Assembly (NCBI GenBank): GCA_963770935.1
Contig: CAVYRJ010000008.1
Location: forward strand, 32,001 to 96,000
Direction: 5' to 3'
DNA: 64,000 nucleotides
DNA from: Candidatus Bathyarchaeota archaeon
GTDB taxonomy: Archaea > Thermoproteota > Bathyarchaeia > Bathyarchaeales > Bathycorpusculaceae
Positions within the stretch are counted from its first letter, which is position 1. Each line of letters begins with the position of its first letter. The translations under genes were made by a program, and so were the position numbers. The notes beneath the pieces are model-generated. The model was not told the origin of the DNA. It saw only the letters and a program-made list of their open reading frames with translations, and ran no database searches. Shown here in pieces: positions 32,396-42,662 of the stretch.

Positions 32396-34084
32396 CTATA
32401 GGTAGGCGTCGATTACGTATCGGCGCATCATTCGGTGGCTGTTAAAGTAGTATGCTATTTTGCCAATCGAGTTCTTCATCATCTTGATCCATTCATCGTG
32501 CCTATCATAGAACATTGGGGTGATGACGTATTCTAGTTTGTTGTAGATGTCCTCGGCCTCTTTCTGGAAAAGTGCCTGATTGTCCAAGGTATCGATGTTT
32601 GGAGGCCCAATCGCCCAGCCAGTGAGGTTTTCTATCCAGCCTTCAATCCACCAGCCATCCAACACGCTGAAGTTGAGGACCCCGTTGTGTGCGGCTTTCA
32701 TTCCGCTTGTTCCGGAAGCCTCCATCGGTCTTAGCGGCGTGTTAAGCCAAACATCAACGCCCCCAACCATCTTGGAGGCAATGCTCATACTATAATCTTC
32801 CAAATATACAATTTCCATGTCGTCTTTGAGTTGTTTTGCATAACTGTAAATTTGCTCTATAAGTCGTTTTCCGCCTTCATCTCTGGGATGTGCTTTGCCA
32901 GCAAATATGACTTGGAACCTGCCTTTCCGGCTAATCGTGCGCAATCGGGCAATGTTTGAAAACAACAAAGCGGGTCTCTTGTACTCTGTTGCTCTCCTAG
33001 CAAAACCCAAAGTGAACATATCAGAACTTAGATTAGCGTTTGTTGCTTGGTTAGCATAGTCTATTAGTATCCGTTTTTGTTCTTCGTGAGCTTGCCAGAT
33101 TTCACAGTCAGGAATTAAGTCAACCTTAGCCAACAACTCTGGCTCAATTGCCCAACCAGGTAAATACTGGTCAAAAATTTTACGGTAACTCTCACCTGTC
33201 CAAGTAAACGAGTGAACCCCGTTTGTTACCGCGTGAATTTCATAGCCCGCAAACATTTTGCTTGAAATTTCTTGGTGACGTTTAGCTACACCGTTAACGT
33301 AGTTGCTTAGGTTAAGCGCCAAGCAAGTCATGTTTAACCTGTCGCAGCCGCCATACTCCTTTAAAATGGCCAAATCAACTGTTCCGACGATTTGCTCAAC
33401 TAAGTCGTAGCTAAATTTGTCATGTCCAGCGTCTACAGGTGTGTGAGTGGTAAAGACGCAAAGCTCCTTTACTTTCTCTGGGTCAGAACCGTTCTTCCGC
33501 AATAACTCAACCGCTAACAGACTCGAGTGACCTTCGTTCATATGGTATTTTCTAACCCTAAAACCCAACGCCTCGAGCATCCGGACACCGCCAAAACCTA
33601 AAATTGCCTCCTGTGAGAGACGGTACTTCTCGTTTCCGCCATACAAGTAAAAGGTTATTTCTCTGTCTTCAGGTGTATTTCCGTCACAATCCGTATCCAA
33701 AAACAGGACTGGAACAACCCCACCAGTCATACTTTGATACTTGTAGAGCCATGCCTTAACCTTAACGTCCCGCCTTTCAATCTGTACGAAGACCTGATTT
33801 GGCAGAAGCGTCATGTATTTTTCAGGGTCCCACTCTCTGGGTTGCTCGGATTGTCTTCCGTTTTGGTCAAGTTTTTGCCTGAAATAGTTTCGTTTACTAA
33901 TCAAGGTTACTGCGACCAGGGGGAGTTTTAGGTCTGCGCTTGAACGGATTGCATCGCCTGCCAAAGTGCCTAACCCACCTGCATATGTTGGAATTTCACT
34001 TGTTAAGCCCACTTCCATTGAGAAATAAGCAATCTTCTGTCCTTTCAGTACACCCTCTAACTCATCCATCACTTGTTCCCCCAC
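32396..34084 (-). CDS. glgP: Alpha-glucan (glycogen/maltodextrin) phosphorylase
   Basis: AYFSME, YAGGLG.LAGD, HMNEGH, FARRATEYKR, PLP motif EASGTSGMKA. Confidence 0.95.
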   Translation of the reverse strand: MGEQVMDELEGVLKGQKIAYFSMEVGLTSEIPTYAGGLGTLAGDAIRSSADLKLPLVAVTLISKRNYFRQKLDQNGRQSEQPREWDPEKYMTLLPNQVFVQIERRDVKVKAWLYKYQSMTGGVVPVLFLDTDCDGNTPEDREITFYLYGGNEKYRLSQEAILGFGGVRMLEALGFRVRKYHMNEGHSSLLAVELLRKNGSDPEKVKELCVFTTHTPVDAGHDKFSYDLVEQIVGTVDLAILKEYGGCDRLNMTCLALNLSNYVNGVAKRHQEISSKMFAGYEIHAVTNGVHSFTWTGESYRKIFDQYLPGWAIEPELLAKVDLIPDCEIWQAHEEQKRILIDYANQATNANLSSDMFTLGFARRATEYKRPALLFSNIARLRTISRKGRFQVIFAGKAHPRDEGGKRLIEQIYSYAKQLKDDMEIVYLEDYSMSIASKMVGGVDVWLNTPLRPMEASGTSGMKAAHNGVLNFSVLDGWWIEGWIENLTGWAIGPPNIDTLDNQALFQKEAEDIYNKLEYVITPMFYDRHDEWIKMMKNSIGKIAYYFNSHRMMRRYVIDAYL

Positions 34085-34210
34085 TTAACTGCTAACCTGC
34101 TCCCTCACGTGGCAGCGTTAAATCTATTCTTGCATTGGATTCTTAATCTATCTTTCCATAAGCCCAGAATGATAGCATATAATTCTAAACAAGAAAAAAA
34201 GAAAGTGAAT

Positions 34211-35353
34211 TTATGTTACAGGTGCAGGACGAGATCCCAAAACCACGGTCACAGGAATCTGCGAGCTACCCCTAACCACAGTCAAGACTAGACTATCCCC
34301 TGGAAGAGTATATTCCTCCAAGTAGCTTGCTAAATCATCGTTGTTTTTTATGGGTTGACCGTTCATGGCTATGATGATGTCACCCACAGCGATTATTCCA
34401 TCTGAGGGCCCGCCTCCTGTTACTGACACAATTTGCCAGCCATAAGTGACACTTGCACCTGTTTCTTGGGCTAAATTATAAGTCATGTCTTGTCCCGTCA
34501 CCCCCAAATAGGAGTGACCATGGTAGGAGCCAGTGGTTGTCAAAGCAGACACTTCCCTAAGTATCGTATCAGATGGGATAGCGAAACCTAATCCTTGAGA
34601 TTCAGAAACTATGGCTGTCGTTATGCCTACGACGTTTCCAACAGCGTTAAGGAGCGGACCGCCTGAGTTTCCAGGGTTTATAGGTGTGCTGGTCTGAATG
34701 ATGTTGGCGATTGCGAATCCTCCTGCCGTATCTTCAGTTATAGTTCGCCCTGTGGCACTAACAACGCCTGTGGTTAGGGAACCCACGAGTCCATATGGGT
34801 TGCCTATTGCAATGACAAGTTCACCTACACCTAATGTTGACGAGCTTACGATTGTTAACGGCTTGAACTCAGAGGCAGGTGCATCAGAGGAAACAGAAAC
34901 AACTGCTAAATCGGAGTATGCGTCGGTTCCAAGAACAGTGGCTGAATATCCATGTCCATTTGAAAAAGTAACGCTTAAATTGGTTGTATCTTGGACAACA
35001 TGGTAATTAGTTAATACAACACTTCGACCAGCAAAATCGTAAACAAATCCTGAGCCCTGTACCCCTCCATCTGGAGTTTCACCTTGAACCAAAACCACCG
35101 AAGCTGCAACATTATTGTATATTTCAGCTAAAGAAGTCCCATTTTGTAATATGGTGATGTTTTGGTAAGTGGCGTTTTGGGAGCCTCGAAGATCTGAAAC
35201 TTGACTTTGCAAAATTGCAACTTGACGGTTTAGAGAAGAAACTGGTGAGTAAGTAACAAAAAATATCAGAAGTCCTCCAGCCAGCAATCCTGCAACGAAG
35301 AGTAGAAGGAGGATGCTGGCTGATGCTTTATTGCAGTCTTTAACTGGAAACAT
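34211..35353 (-). CDS. htrA: HtrA/DegP-family serine protease with PDZ domain
   Basis: N-terminal TM; GSGF, TNYHVV, DLAV, INPGNSGGPL; C-terminal PDZ. Confidence 0.93.
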   Translation of the reverse strand: MFPVKDCNKASASILLLLFVAGLLAGGLLIFFVTYSPVSSLNRQVAILQSQVSDLRGSQNATYQNITILQNGTSLAEIYNNVAASVVLVQGETPDGGVQGSGFVYDFAGRSVVLTNYHVVQDTTNLSVTFSNGHGYSATVLGTDAYSDLAVVSVSSDAPASEFKPLTIVSSSTLGVGELVIAIGNPYGLVGSLTTGVVSATGRTITEDTAGGFAIANIIQTSTPINPGNSGGPLLNAVGNVVGITTAIVSESQGLGFAIPSDTILREVSALTTTGSYHGHSYLGVTGQDMTYNLAQETGASVTYGWQIVSVTGGGPSDGIIAVGDIIIAMNGQPIKNNDDLASYLEEYTLPGDSLVLTVVRGSSQIPVTVVLGSRPAPVT

Positions 35354-35398
35354 GCACTTGCCTCGAATGAGGATTAACGATTAAGAAAATAAAAGTTG

Positions 35399-36403
35399 CT
35401 ATGCCCTACGATCTATAAGGTCCAAAGCATCTGGTCCTGTACCTATGAACATGATGGGCACACCTGTTCGGGTTTCAACTTCTTTTATGAATTCTTTCGC
35501 ATCCTTGGACAAGTCGTCATATTTTCTTGAGCCTTTGCATTCTGGGTAGATGATGTCAAGTTTTGTCAGAGCAGCCTGCGTGGCACCATTAATTTTTGCA
35601 GTTTTCTTGGCTAATTCAAAGTCGAAGGGGGCACTGCGTCGGTCGCGTCCTGTGCCCGCTGCAACCTCAAACCAGCCACGTTTCAGCGCTTCTTCCTTGG
35701 TTATCTCTCCAGGAAGTGGTCCTGCACCTACTCGTGTAATAAATGACTTGTAAACGATTATTACGTCGTCAACGCGTGTGGGTCCGACGCCTGCTTCTGA
35801 GGCAATGGCAGATGCGCCCGTATCTCTGGCAGTTACGTATGGGTAGCCGCCGCCAAGGAAAAGCGACAGCATAAAACCCTGAGTGCCTTCTAGGAGCACA
35901 CTTTTTCCAGCATCCAACCCATCATTTACTTCCATTATTCCGTCGGCGAGGTAGGGTTTAAGTTCTGGGATATCGTGGGCGAGTTTGGCGGTGCGCCTTA
36001 CACGTTCTTCTAGGGCGGGTCCAACGCCTCTTCCTGTGGTTCCTATGCCTTTGTTGACGGCGCTTGCCTTGTCTTGTTCGCAATGTTTCTGCTCGATTAT
36101 GGAGGCGTTCTGGTCTACGCCCATTCTTTTTTGGTCCACTCGAGTGAGGGCTACCTCGTCAAGAAATGTTTTAACATCGACGTTTGCTCCTGCTGCGATC
36201 AGTAAGCGGGTTTTGGGGTTTATGAATGCTGCGGGAACCATGTGTAGGGCGTATTTTTTGCCTTCAAACCAGACAGTGTGCGCGGCATTCACTGAACCAG
36301 TTCGAACGCAAAAATCAAGGTTATCTTTGAGGGCTAAGTAGGAGATTATTTTTCCTTTACCTTCGTCTCCCCAGAAGGCACCAACAATTACTGAGCAAGG
36401 CAT
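35399..36403 (-). CDS. purA: Adenylosuccinate synthetase (short archaeal form)
   Basis: WGDEGKGK, IGTTGRGVGP, LLEGTQG, TRVGAGP, LTKLD. Confidence 0.96.
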   Translation of the reverse strand: MPCSVIVGAFWGDEGKGKIISYLALKDNLDFCVRTGSVNAAHTVWFEGKKYALHMVPAAFINPKTRLLIAAGANVDVKTFLDEVALTRVDQKRMGVDQNASIIEQKHCEQDKASAVNKGIGTTGRGVGPALEERVRRTAKLAHDIPELKPYLADGIMEVNDGLDAGKSVLLEGTQGFMLSLFLGGGYPYVTARDTGASAIASEAGVGPTRVDDVIIVYKSFITRVGAGPLPGEITKEEALKRGWFEVAAGTGRDRRSAPFDFELAKKTAKINGATQAALTKLDIIYPECKGSRKYDDLSKDAKEFIKEVETRTGVPIMFIGTGPDALDLIDRRA

Positions 36404-36466
36404 AACGGTTTCACCTTGCATGAGTCAGTTTAAGAATTATTTAAAGTTGTAGGCTTTTTAGGCTGA

Positions 36467-36649
36467 TTATTTCTTTGAGTGTTTTTTATCTTCAGTTATT
36501 AGTTCAGACAGGCGGTAGGTGATGTAGGCTGAGAAGCTTCGGATGCCTTTTTTTATGGCGTATTCCTCTTTGACTTTGAGCCATTGGTTGAAGAAATAAT
36601 CGTAAACCTCAGTCTTCACAGTGATGCTTTTGTAGCCTTTTTTCGGCGT
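36467..36649 (-). CDS. Small RHH-like DNA-binding protein (not in ORF track; ACG start)
   Basis: 60 aa (M)PKKGYKSITVKTEVYDYFF..GIRSFSAYITYRL; GGGGG SD-like tract upstream; no in-frame ATG/GTG/TTG before the upstream stop. Confidence 0.75.
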   Translation of the reverse strand, partial: TPKKGYKSITVKTEVYDYFFNQWLKVKEEYAIKKGIRSFSAYITYRLSELITEDKKHSKK

Positions 36650-36770
36650 TTGTGTTCCCCCTAACCCTATACCGAACGTACATTTATTTAAGGTTTAACA
36701 ATCTTGCGCTAACTTACCGTTAATTATATATTTAGAGAGTACCGTAAAGTACCGAGAGGAGATTCGACTT

Positions 36771-36917
36771 TTGCCACGCAAAGGTTATAAGTGCATAACA
36801 GTGACGGAAAAAGTTCACGGAGACATTAACAATAGAGCTAAGGAAACCAACCGCACTATGAAAGATTATATCGAATATTTAATGGCAAAGGAAAGGGTTA
36901 CTAAAGAAGGCAACTGA
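36771..36917 (+). CDS. Small RHH-like DNA-binding protein (not in ORF track)
   Basis: 48 aa MPRKGYKCITVTEKVHGDINNRAKETNRTMKDYIEYLM; TTG start after GAGGAG. Confidence 0.75.
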   Translation: MPRKGYKCITVTEKVHGDINNRAKETNRTMKDYIEYLMAKERVTKEGN

Positions 36918-37107
36918 TTTTTGCCTATAAAGATTCTCCAAAATAACGAACGCGTTGCTGAAGTGCAATTTATTTGTGACTTCTGCGGTAAACTGATGCG
37001 AACATGCGTGGTTCCACAAAGCGACTTGGAAGCTGAAAAAAACAAAGCGGTAGCATGCTGGCAATGTAAACAGCCAAATCATGCAAGCAAAAAATCATAG
37101 AGACCCT

Positions 37108-37488
37108 TCAGATGCATCTGTCTAAAGCTTCGGAGTCGATTATCTCTAAAAGTTTAATCACTCTTTTGCCCTTGATGTTTTTTTCCGACTGAGTGATCGT
37201 CTTTCTAGACTGACAAATACTGTCTAAAATAATTCCGGTTTCTTCATCAAGAATAACAGGGTAAACTCTGCAGCCCGCTGGACGATCAAAATAAACGCTG
37301 CACCTACGATTTTTGAGGTCGTAGAAAATGCAGTAACCATGACGGTTTTTCAACTGTACGTAGCCTTTCTTATCATAATTAACAAATTGGTTTTGGCTAA
37401 AACCCTTCTTTTCTAAGCGTTCGATGTCTTTTTTGGAGAGCAGCATTTCGGTTTCTGTGCAACAGACTCCACAGTTTGAGCAATGCAT
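37108..37488 (-). CDS. YkgJ-family cysteine cluster protein
   Basis: CSNCGVCC, CIFY, CSVY..RP.GCRVYP. Confidence 0.9.
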   Translation of the reverse strand: MHCSNCGVCCTETEMLLSKKDIERLEKKGFSQNQFVNYDKKGYVQLKNRHGYCIFYDLKNRRCSVYFDRPAGCRVYPVILDEETGIILDSICQSRKTITQSEKNIKGKRVIKLLEIIDSEALDRCI

Positions 37489-37541
37489 AAACGGTGAAGT
37501 GTTAGGCTGGTATTTGTGTTTTATCTTAAAATTCAGTTTTT

Positions 37542-37781
37542 TCAGGCAGGGTTTTTCATCAGGTTTATATTTAGCATTTCTGCCCATGCAATGTTTCTAA
37601 GCGGTACACGGGTGGCTTTGCGGTTACCAGGGGGAGAATACTCGATCAGGTTGTTGTTTTTTCCTACGCCCTTATAGAGCTTTGTTAATTGTACGTTTAT
37701 TATTACTGCGCCATCTTTCAGGTGGAGGTTAACGTTTCTTCCTATGTAAGATCTTGCGCTGTTGGCGCTGAAACTTTCCAT
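37542..37781 (-). CDS. Small Sm/LSm-like beta-barrel protein
   Basis: YIGRNVNLHLKDG..I and VPLRNIAW resemble Sm1/Sm2 motifs. Confidence 0.6.
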   Translation of the reverse strand: MESFSANSARSYIGRNVNLHLKDGAVIINVQLTKLYKGVGKNNNLIEYSPPGNRKATRVPLRNIAWAEMLNINLMKNPA

Positions 37782-37784
37782 TTT

Positions 37785-37922
37785 TTACCAGTCCTCTTCT
37801 TGGTCAGAGATTTTGCTCCAGCATTGTTGGCATATTGGTAGGTTTTCGCCTTTTATTTGGATGTAGAGTTTTATATTTTCGTTTTTGCAGATGTCTCGCC
37901 AGGGGTTTTTGCAATGTTCCAT
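37785..37922 (-). CDS. 45-aa zinc-finger microprotein (not in ORF track)
   Basis: MEHCKNPWRDIC..LPICQQCWSKISDQEEDW; GAGGA upstream; stop 3 nt before the next start. Confidence 0.75.
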   Translation of the reverse strand: MEHCKNPWRDICKNENIKLYIQIKGENLPICQQCWSKISDQEEDW

Positions 37923-38045
37923 TTCTCTTATCCTCAATATACCCGTTATGTTTTTTGCTTTTAAGTCGCTCTAAGAAACGACTATTGGATAGCTGGGGAG
38001 GGGTGTGTGAAAGTAAACTTTATACGCTTAGTTTTATATTTGTAA

Positions 38046-38510
38046 GTGATGCTTTTAATGGCTCTCTTAAATAATCCTGTTGCTCTTACAATAACAGCCA
38101 GTTTAATAATACAAATTATTGTTTTGTTTTTGCTTATTTATGGGTACTTTTTGAAGCGAAAATTAAAGTTCAGGCAACACGGAATTACCATGACAGTGGC
38201 GTTTATTTTGCATCTGTCACTGGTTTTTTATGTGATGATTCCGTCTTTTGTTTGGGCAGTAGTTCCAGAGTATATTGTGCCAACTCCTTTAGGGATACAT
38301 TCTGTCGTGGGAATAATCCATGGAATCCTTGGAATCATAGCTTTGTTACTGGGTGCTTATTTAGTTGGATCCTGGCGATTGAGCAAAAACATTCAAGGGT
38401 GCATAAATAGGAAAAAATTTATGTTTAAAACTTTAACTGTTTGGATTGCAACTTTAGTTTTTGGAATAATTCTTTACTCGATTTTTATTGGACCTGTTTT
38501 GAACGCTTAA
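38046..38510 (+). CDS. DUF420-like four-TM membrane protein
   Basis: Four hydrophobic helices with conserved His (QHG..M, LH, IHG). Confidence 0.7.
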   Translation: MMLLMALLNNPVALTITASLIIQIIVLFLLIYGYFLKRKLKFRQHGITMTVAFILHLSLVFYVMIPSFVWAVVPEYIVPTPLGIHSVVGIIHGILGIIALLLGAYLVGSWRLSKNIQGCINRKKFMFKTLTVWIATLVFGIILYSIFIGPVLNA

Positions 38511-39067
38511 AGTTCAACTATTTGCGGGGTGATGGTTTCCTTGTTGATTTTCAGCAATCCGACTGAAGGCTTAACCATAATAGACGGTGGTTCAGTTGGG
38601 CTGCCGGGGTTAATGTGGAGGACTTTGCCTTCCCACTTAATGTCAGCAACATGCGTGTGCCCATAAACAAAAACGTCAAATTCCTTCTTTGTTGCATTTT
38701 CGTTCGCTTTGTTTGATTCAAAGAGAATGTTTTGGTCATGAGTAACGCCGATTTTCCAATCGAAAATTTTTAGGGAGTTAAATCTCGGAAGCGCGTTCGA
38801 AGCTTCTAAACCATCCATGTTGCCGTGAACGGCCAAAACTGGCGCAATCGTCTCCAACTCATCTACCACTGCAAGTTCAACTAAATCACCAGCATGAATA
38901 ATGTAGTCTACCTTTTCGAAGATTTCAAAAACTCTTTTAGGAATACACATGGCTCTTTTGGGTACATGGGTGTCGGAGATTAAGCCAACGGTTTTGGTGA
39001 CTTTGAAGATTGGGGGTTCCTTTTTTGCTATCGTTTGTCCACCGAGCATTTTTGGGTTGCCTCTCAA
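38507..39067 (-). CDS. YfcE/MJ0936 family metallophosphoesterase
   Basis: SDTH, HAGD, GNMD, GHTH, NPGS; start uncertain. Confidence 0.92.
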   Translation of the reverse strand: MRGNPKMLGGQTIAKKEPPIFKVTKTVGLISDTHVPKRAMCIPKRVFEIFEKVDYIIHAGDLVELAVVDELETIAPVLAVHGNMDGLEASNALPRFNSLKIFDWKIGVTHDQNILFESNKANENATKKEFDVFVYGHTHVADIKWEGKVLHINPGSPTEPPSIMVKPSVGLLKINKETITPQIVEL

Positions 39068-39153
39068 ACAGGCGAGTCTATTGTTGATTATATGGTGTTT
39101 GGCAATAAATATTCAACTGTTAAGAAGGACAGAAAGAAGGTGGTGAGAACTTG

Positions 39154-40512
39154 TTAAGTCATGAATCTCTTAACAGCCTCGTAGAAAATGCTTGTTCCAA
39201 AAACAAGGTTCTCCACAGTTATGCGTTCGTCAATGCCATGCATACGCTTTTCCAACATATCGTTAGGTTCATCTGGCCGCATCGGGTGAAAACCATAGCA
39301 TACACTTCCTGTTTCTCTAAAAAAGCGCGAATCAGTCCCGCCTGTTGTCAATGTTGGCGTTACTCCGCAACTAGGTTCAAACTCTCTTAGAACACCTGTT
39401 ATGGCATTATAGAGCGGCGTTTGTGTGGTTGATTCGTTTCCGTCATGCATCTGCATAATCTCAAAACTTAACTTGTCCATGCCCAAATCCCCGAGCAAGC
39501 CTTTAATTAGAGACAGCGTTTCATCCACGCTCTGTCCAGGCAGAACTCTGCAATCGAAGACTACTTCGCATTCGGATGGAATTATGTTTTCTTTTATGCC
39601 ACCGTGAATCATGGTTGGGGTTATGGTTGTTTTGGTTCGGGGTCGGATTTCTTCAGCCAACGCCTTTTCTGTTTTGCCTAATTCGTCAAGGATTTGTTCG
39701 CTTTGCGCGGGGTTATTTAGTAAACTAGAAAAGTGCCTTTCAAGGTCAGGGTTAATTTTTGCCACTTCTGTTAAAAACTGCTTAAGCGTTGGTACATAAA
39801 ATGTTTCTGGCTGGTATTTGCCGATTCTAGTTATAACTTTGTTAATGCGCACAATTGCGTTATCAGCCATGTTTGGGGTAGAGCCGTGTCCGGGGGTTCC
39901 TTTGGCTTTTATTCTAAGCCACAAAATGCCTTTCTCGGCGGTCTGCACTGGATAGACATTTCCTTTTTTCTGAGGTATAGCTAATCCCCCACCTTCGTTG
40001 AGAACATATGGACACCAAATTTTTTCTTTGTGGTGCTTTAGCAGATAGCCTGCGCCTTCTTCTCCGCCTTTTTCCTCGTCAGCAGTGGCTGCCAGCACAA
40101 CGTCGCCTTTAAGCGGGATGTTATTTCTCTTAAGGAGCAAAAGGGTTAAAACTTCAATGGCAGTCATGCCTTTCATGTCGTATGCGCCTCTGCCATATAC
40201 GTAACCTTCTCTAATTGTTCCCGCGAAGGGGTCAATTGTCCATTCAGCCGGGTTTGCCGCCACAACGTCGATGTGTGAGAGTAGAAGTAGGTTGGGTTTT
40301 TCGCCTGAACCTTTAAGCCTTGTGATTACGCTGCCTCTACTTGGAGCTGACTCTATAACTTCTGTTTTAAAACCTTCATTAGACAGGTATTGAGCGATAA
40401 AGTTGGCTGCTGCTGTTTCGTTGCCAGGGGGGTTAGTTGTGTTTATCCGTATTAAATCGCTAAGAAAAAGCGTGATTTCTTGTTCAATCTCAGTTAACAT
40501 TTGTATTGGCAT
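39154..40512 (-). CDS. M20/M25/M40 family metallopeptidase/deacylase
   Basis: SHIDVV, GRGAYDMKG, ADEE, NEGG, GGTDSR, HGIDE. Confidence 0.93.
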   Translation of the reverse strand: MPIQMLTEIEQEITLFLSDLIRINTTNPPGNETAAANFIAQYLSNEGFKTEVIESAPSRGSVITRLKGSGEKPNLLLLSHIDVVAANPAEWTIDPFAGTIREGYVYGRGAYDMKGMTAIEVLTLLLLKRNNIPLKGDVVLAATADEEKGGEEGAGYLLKHHKEKIWCPYVLNEGGGLAIPQKKGNVYPVQTAEKGILWLRIKAKGTPGHGSTPNMADNAIVRINKVITRIGKYQPETFYVPTLKQFLTEVAKINPDLERHFSSLLNNPAQSEQILDELGKTEKALAEEIRPRTKTTITPTMIHGGIKENIIPSECEVVFDCRVLPGQSVDETLSLIKGLLGDLGMDKLSFEIMQMHDGNESTTQTPLYNAITGVLREFEPSCGVTPTLTTGGTDSRFFRETGSVCYGFHPMRPDEPNDMLEKRMHGIDERITVENLVFGTSIFYEAVKRFMT

Positions 40513-40673
40513 GTATTTGGGGCTCCTGCATGTTAAGCACAGTTTTTTCTCTTAAGAGTTCCTGTTGTAGTGTGCCTTATGCTCTGGGAGCGGTTTTTAT
40601 TTATTCAACAATGATGTTTATATATGATGGCAAAAAATGCTATGGTTAGCTAAAAACGTTAAAGTTGATCGTA

Positions 40674-41183
40674 ATGAAAGAGTTAAAACCGATAGATTAC
40701 AAAATATTGTTTGAGCTCATGAAGGACTCACATAGAAGCGATAGGCAACTTGCAAAAGCCTTGGGCGTTTCTCAACCCACAGTGACCCGAAGGCGTGCAA
40801 TGCTGGAAGAAAACTTTATCGAAGGGTACACTGTCATACCGAAATTTGGTCAAATTGGATTTGAAATTGCAGCTATAACATTTCTAAAGAGTAAACTAAA
40901 ATATGCAACGGGCGAGGAGAAGACTCAAGCAATAAAAGAAATGAGAGCTTGGTTCATGAAACAAACCAACGTGATTCTTGCTATGGACGGCAGAGGCATG
41001 GGTTGGGATACTGTTTGCATTTCGCTTCATGCAAACTTTGAGAACTTCGCAGAGTTCATCAGGAAGCTTGATTCGGAATTGTCCAATTGGGTAGTTGAAA
41101 GCCAAACTTTCAATGCTGACTTGAAGGGCGGAATAGTGATTAAGCCATTCCACCTCAAATACTTAGCATCTACCACGCAGTAG
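40674..41183 (+). CDS. Lrp/AsnC family transcriptional regulator
   Basis: DYKILFELMKDSHRSDRQLAKALGVSQPTVTRR HTH. Confidence 0.9.
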   Translation: MKELKPIDYKILFELMKDSHRSDRQLAKALGVSQPTVTRRRAMLEENFIEGYTVIPKFGQIGFEIAAITFLKSKLKYATGEEKTQAIKEMRAWFMKQTNVILAMDGRGMGWDTVCISLHANFENFAEFIRKLDSELSNWVVESQTFNADLKGGIVIKPFHLKYLASTTQ

Positions 41184-41364
41184 ATTGTACCCAAAAACCC
41201 TGCCTCCCTCTCTTATACTATTTTTTCTTTTTTTGCAAGAGCAATTGTATTTTGGGTAACTATATCAGAAAACAACCAAGCTTCCTGCCCAACCGCAATT
41301 ATTAATAAAGTGAAAAATGAAGTTTGGATTCATAAGTTTTTTACATGTGTAATTAAACTTACCA

Positions 41365-41643
41365 ATGCGCGTGTATAAAATGATCAAAAATCAGCCACTA
41401 TTAGAACATAAAAGTAATTCAGGCGTGGAAACTATCACTCTAACATATCAAGAACTTGAAAATATACTTGGTTTGAAAATGCCTAAAACAGCGACAAACT
41501 ACAGGGCTTTTTGGGAGAACTCCAAAAATAGAAAGCGCGTCCAGAGTCTATTAGGATTATCATCTAGATACGCATGTAAGGTAAGACTCAAAGAAAGAGT
41601 AGTTATCTTTCAAAAAACACTTGATTATTGTTCAACTGAATAA
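41365..41643 (+). CDS. Small hypothetical protein (DUF7662-like)
   Basis: TLTYQELENILG..MP.TA..YRAFWEN pattern; may be degenerate. Confidence 0.55.
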   Translation: MRVYKMIKNQPLLEHKSNSGVETITLTYQELENILGLKMPKTATNYRAFWENSKNRKRVQSLLGLSSRYACKVRLKERVVIFQKTLDYCSTE

Positions 41644-42031
41644 TTGTTCCTGAACAAGGTTGTATTGCAGCATTGGCAGGCCTTGTATTGAATTGTTTTT
41701 TATTTTTGAGTTGTGCCTCTGCAGGCTCCGTATAAAAGGGTACGTTGGTCCTGAAAGGGATAGATCTCTGGTTGTAGAAGGGTGTTTTTGTGTGCACTAT
41801 TTCTCTGGGCGATTGTGTTAGGGGATTTTGTTTTTGTTTGGGTTGTGGCTTTGAGTCTGTCATGTTGTAGATGAGGTTTTGGAAACGTTTTTCCAACATG
41901 GTTGTAGCATGCGCACTATGGTTATGCTTGTGGAACCCAAAAGATTTTCCGGTTCATCGTATAAGAAAAACAAACAACTCGTGCGCAAAAATGAAAAATT
42001 AGTTTTGTTATGAAAACTTTTTTCAATTTTC

Positions 42032-42250
42032 CTAAAGATGAGAAATATTGTTTAAAAGACCTTTCTGTTTTCTATGCTCGCTACTTTTTCTTAAAAGAGC
42101 TAACGCTTCAGCGTTAGTAATTCCAAAAGGAAGAAAATCCTTATGAAAGCGTTCAAAATGTAATCGCACCGCTACTATAGCGGATTTCTCATCAATAAAA
42201 GCATCAAAAATATAACCGCAGGGGCATTTTCCTCTTAGTCTCTTTTTCAA
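42032..42250 (-). CDS. Small C2H2-type zinc-binding protein
   Basis: CPCG..HFERFH. Confidence 0.6.
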   Translation of the reverse strand: MKKRLRGKCPCGYIFDAFIDEKSAIVAVRLHFERFHKDFLPFGITNAEALALLRKSSEHRKQKGLLNNISHL

Positions 42251-42662
42251 ATATGGTCACTTATTTGTGTTCTTCAATCGATAAATATAGTTGTATAATT
42301 AGAATATTAACTTCAGTGACTGGAACAGCACAGTCACAACTTGAGATCTTAAAAGATATTTATGGAGGTTTCACTTATTTTGTGCAAATCTTCTCTTGAC
42401 CTTGCCGAAATTAGGATAAACGGAAAACCCTCTCAGGTAACTAAAAGGGTATTCAACGTTCTTTATCCAAAAAAATTGTCCTTTCAGGAGACGCAAAACA
42501 CATAAAAAGGTCGGAAAGGTAAGCGTTTAAATAAGCAAAACAAGAATTTAGAGCCTTAGCAGAAAAAGCCGTAAATTTATCTCAATAGTTAAAACAGAAA
42601 GGCGGTTTTATCTTGAGAAATCTGCAGCTTTTCTCAATTGCAAATAAGGGAATTTGTTTAAG

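Noticed and set aside
41603-41899. 98-aa minus-strand ORF
   Set aside because: Low-complexity Q/P/K/N composition, no motif, overlaps the neighbouring gene end
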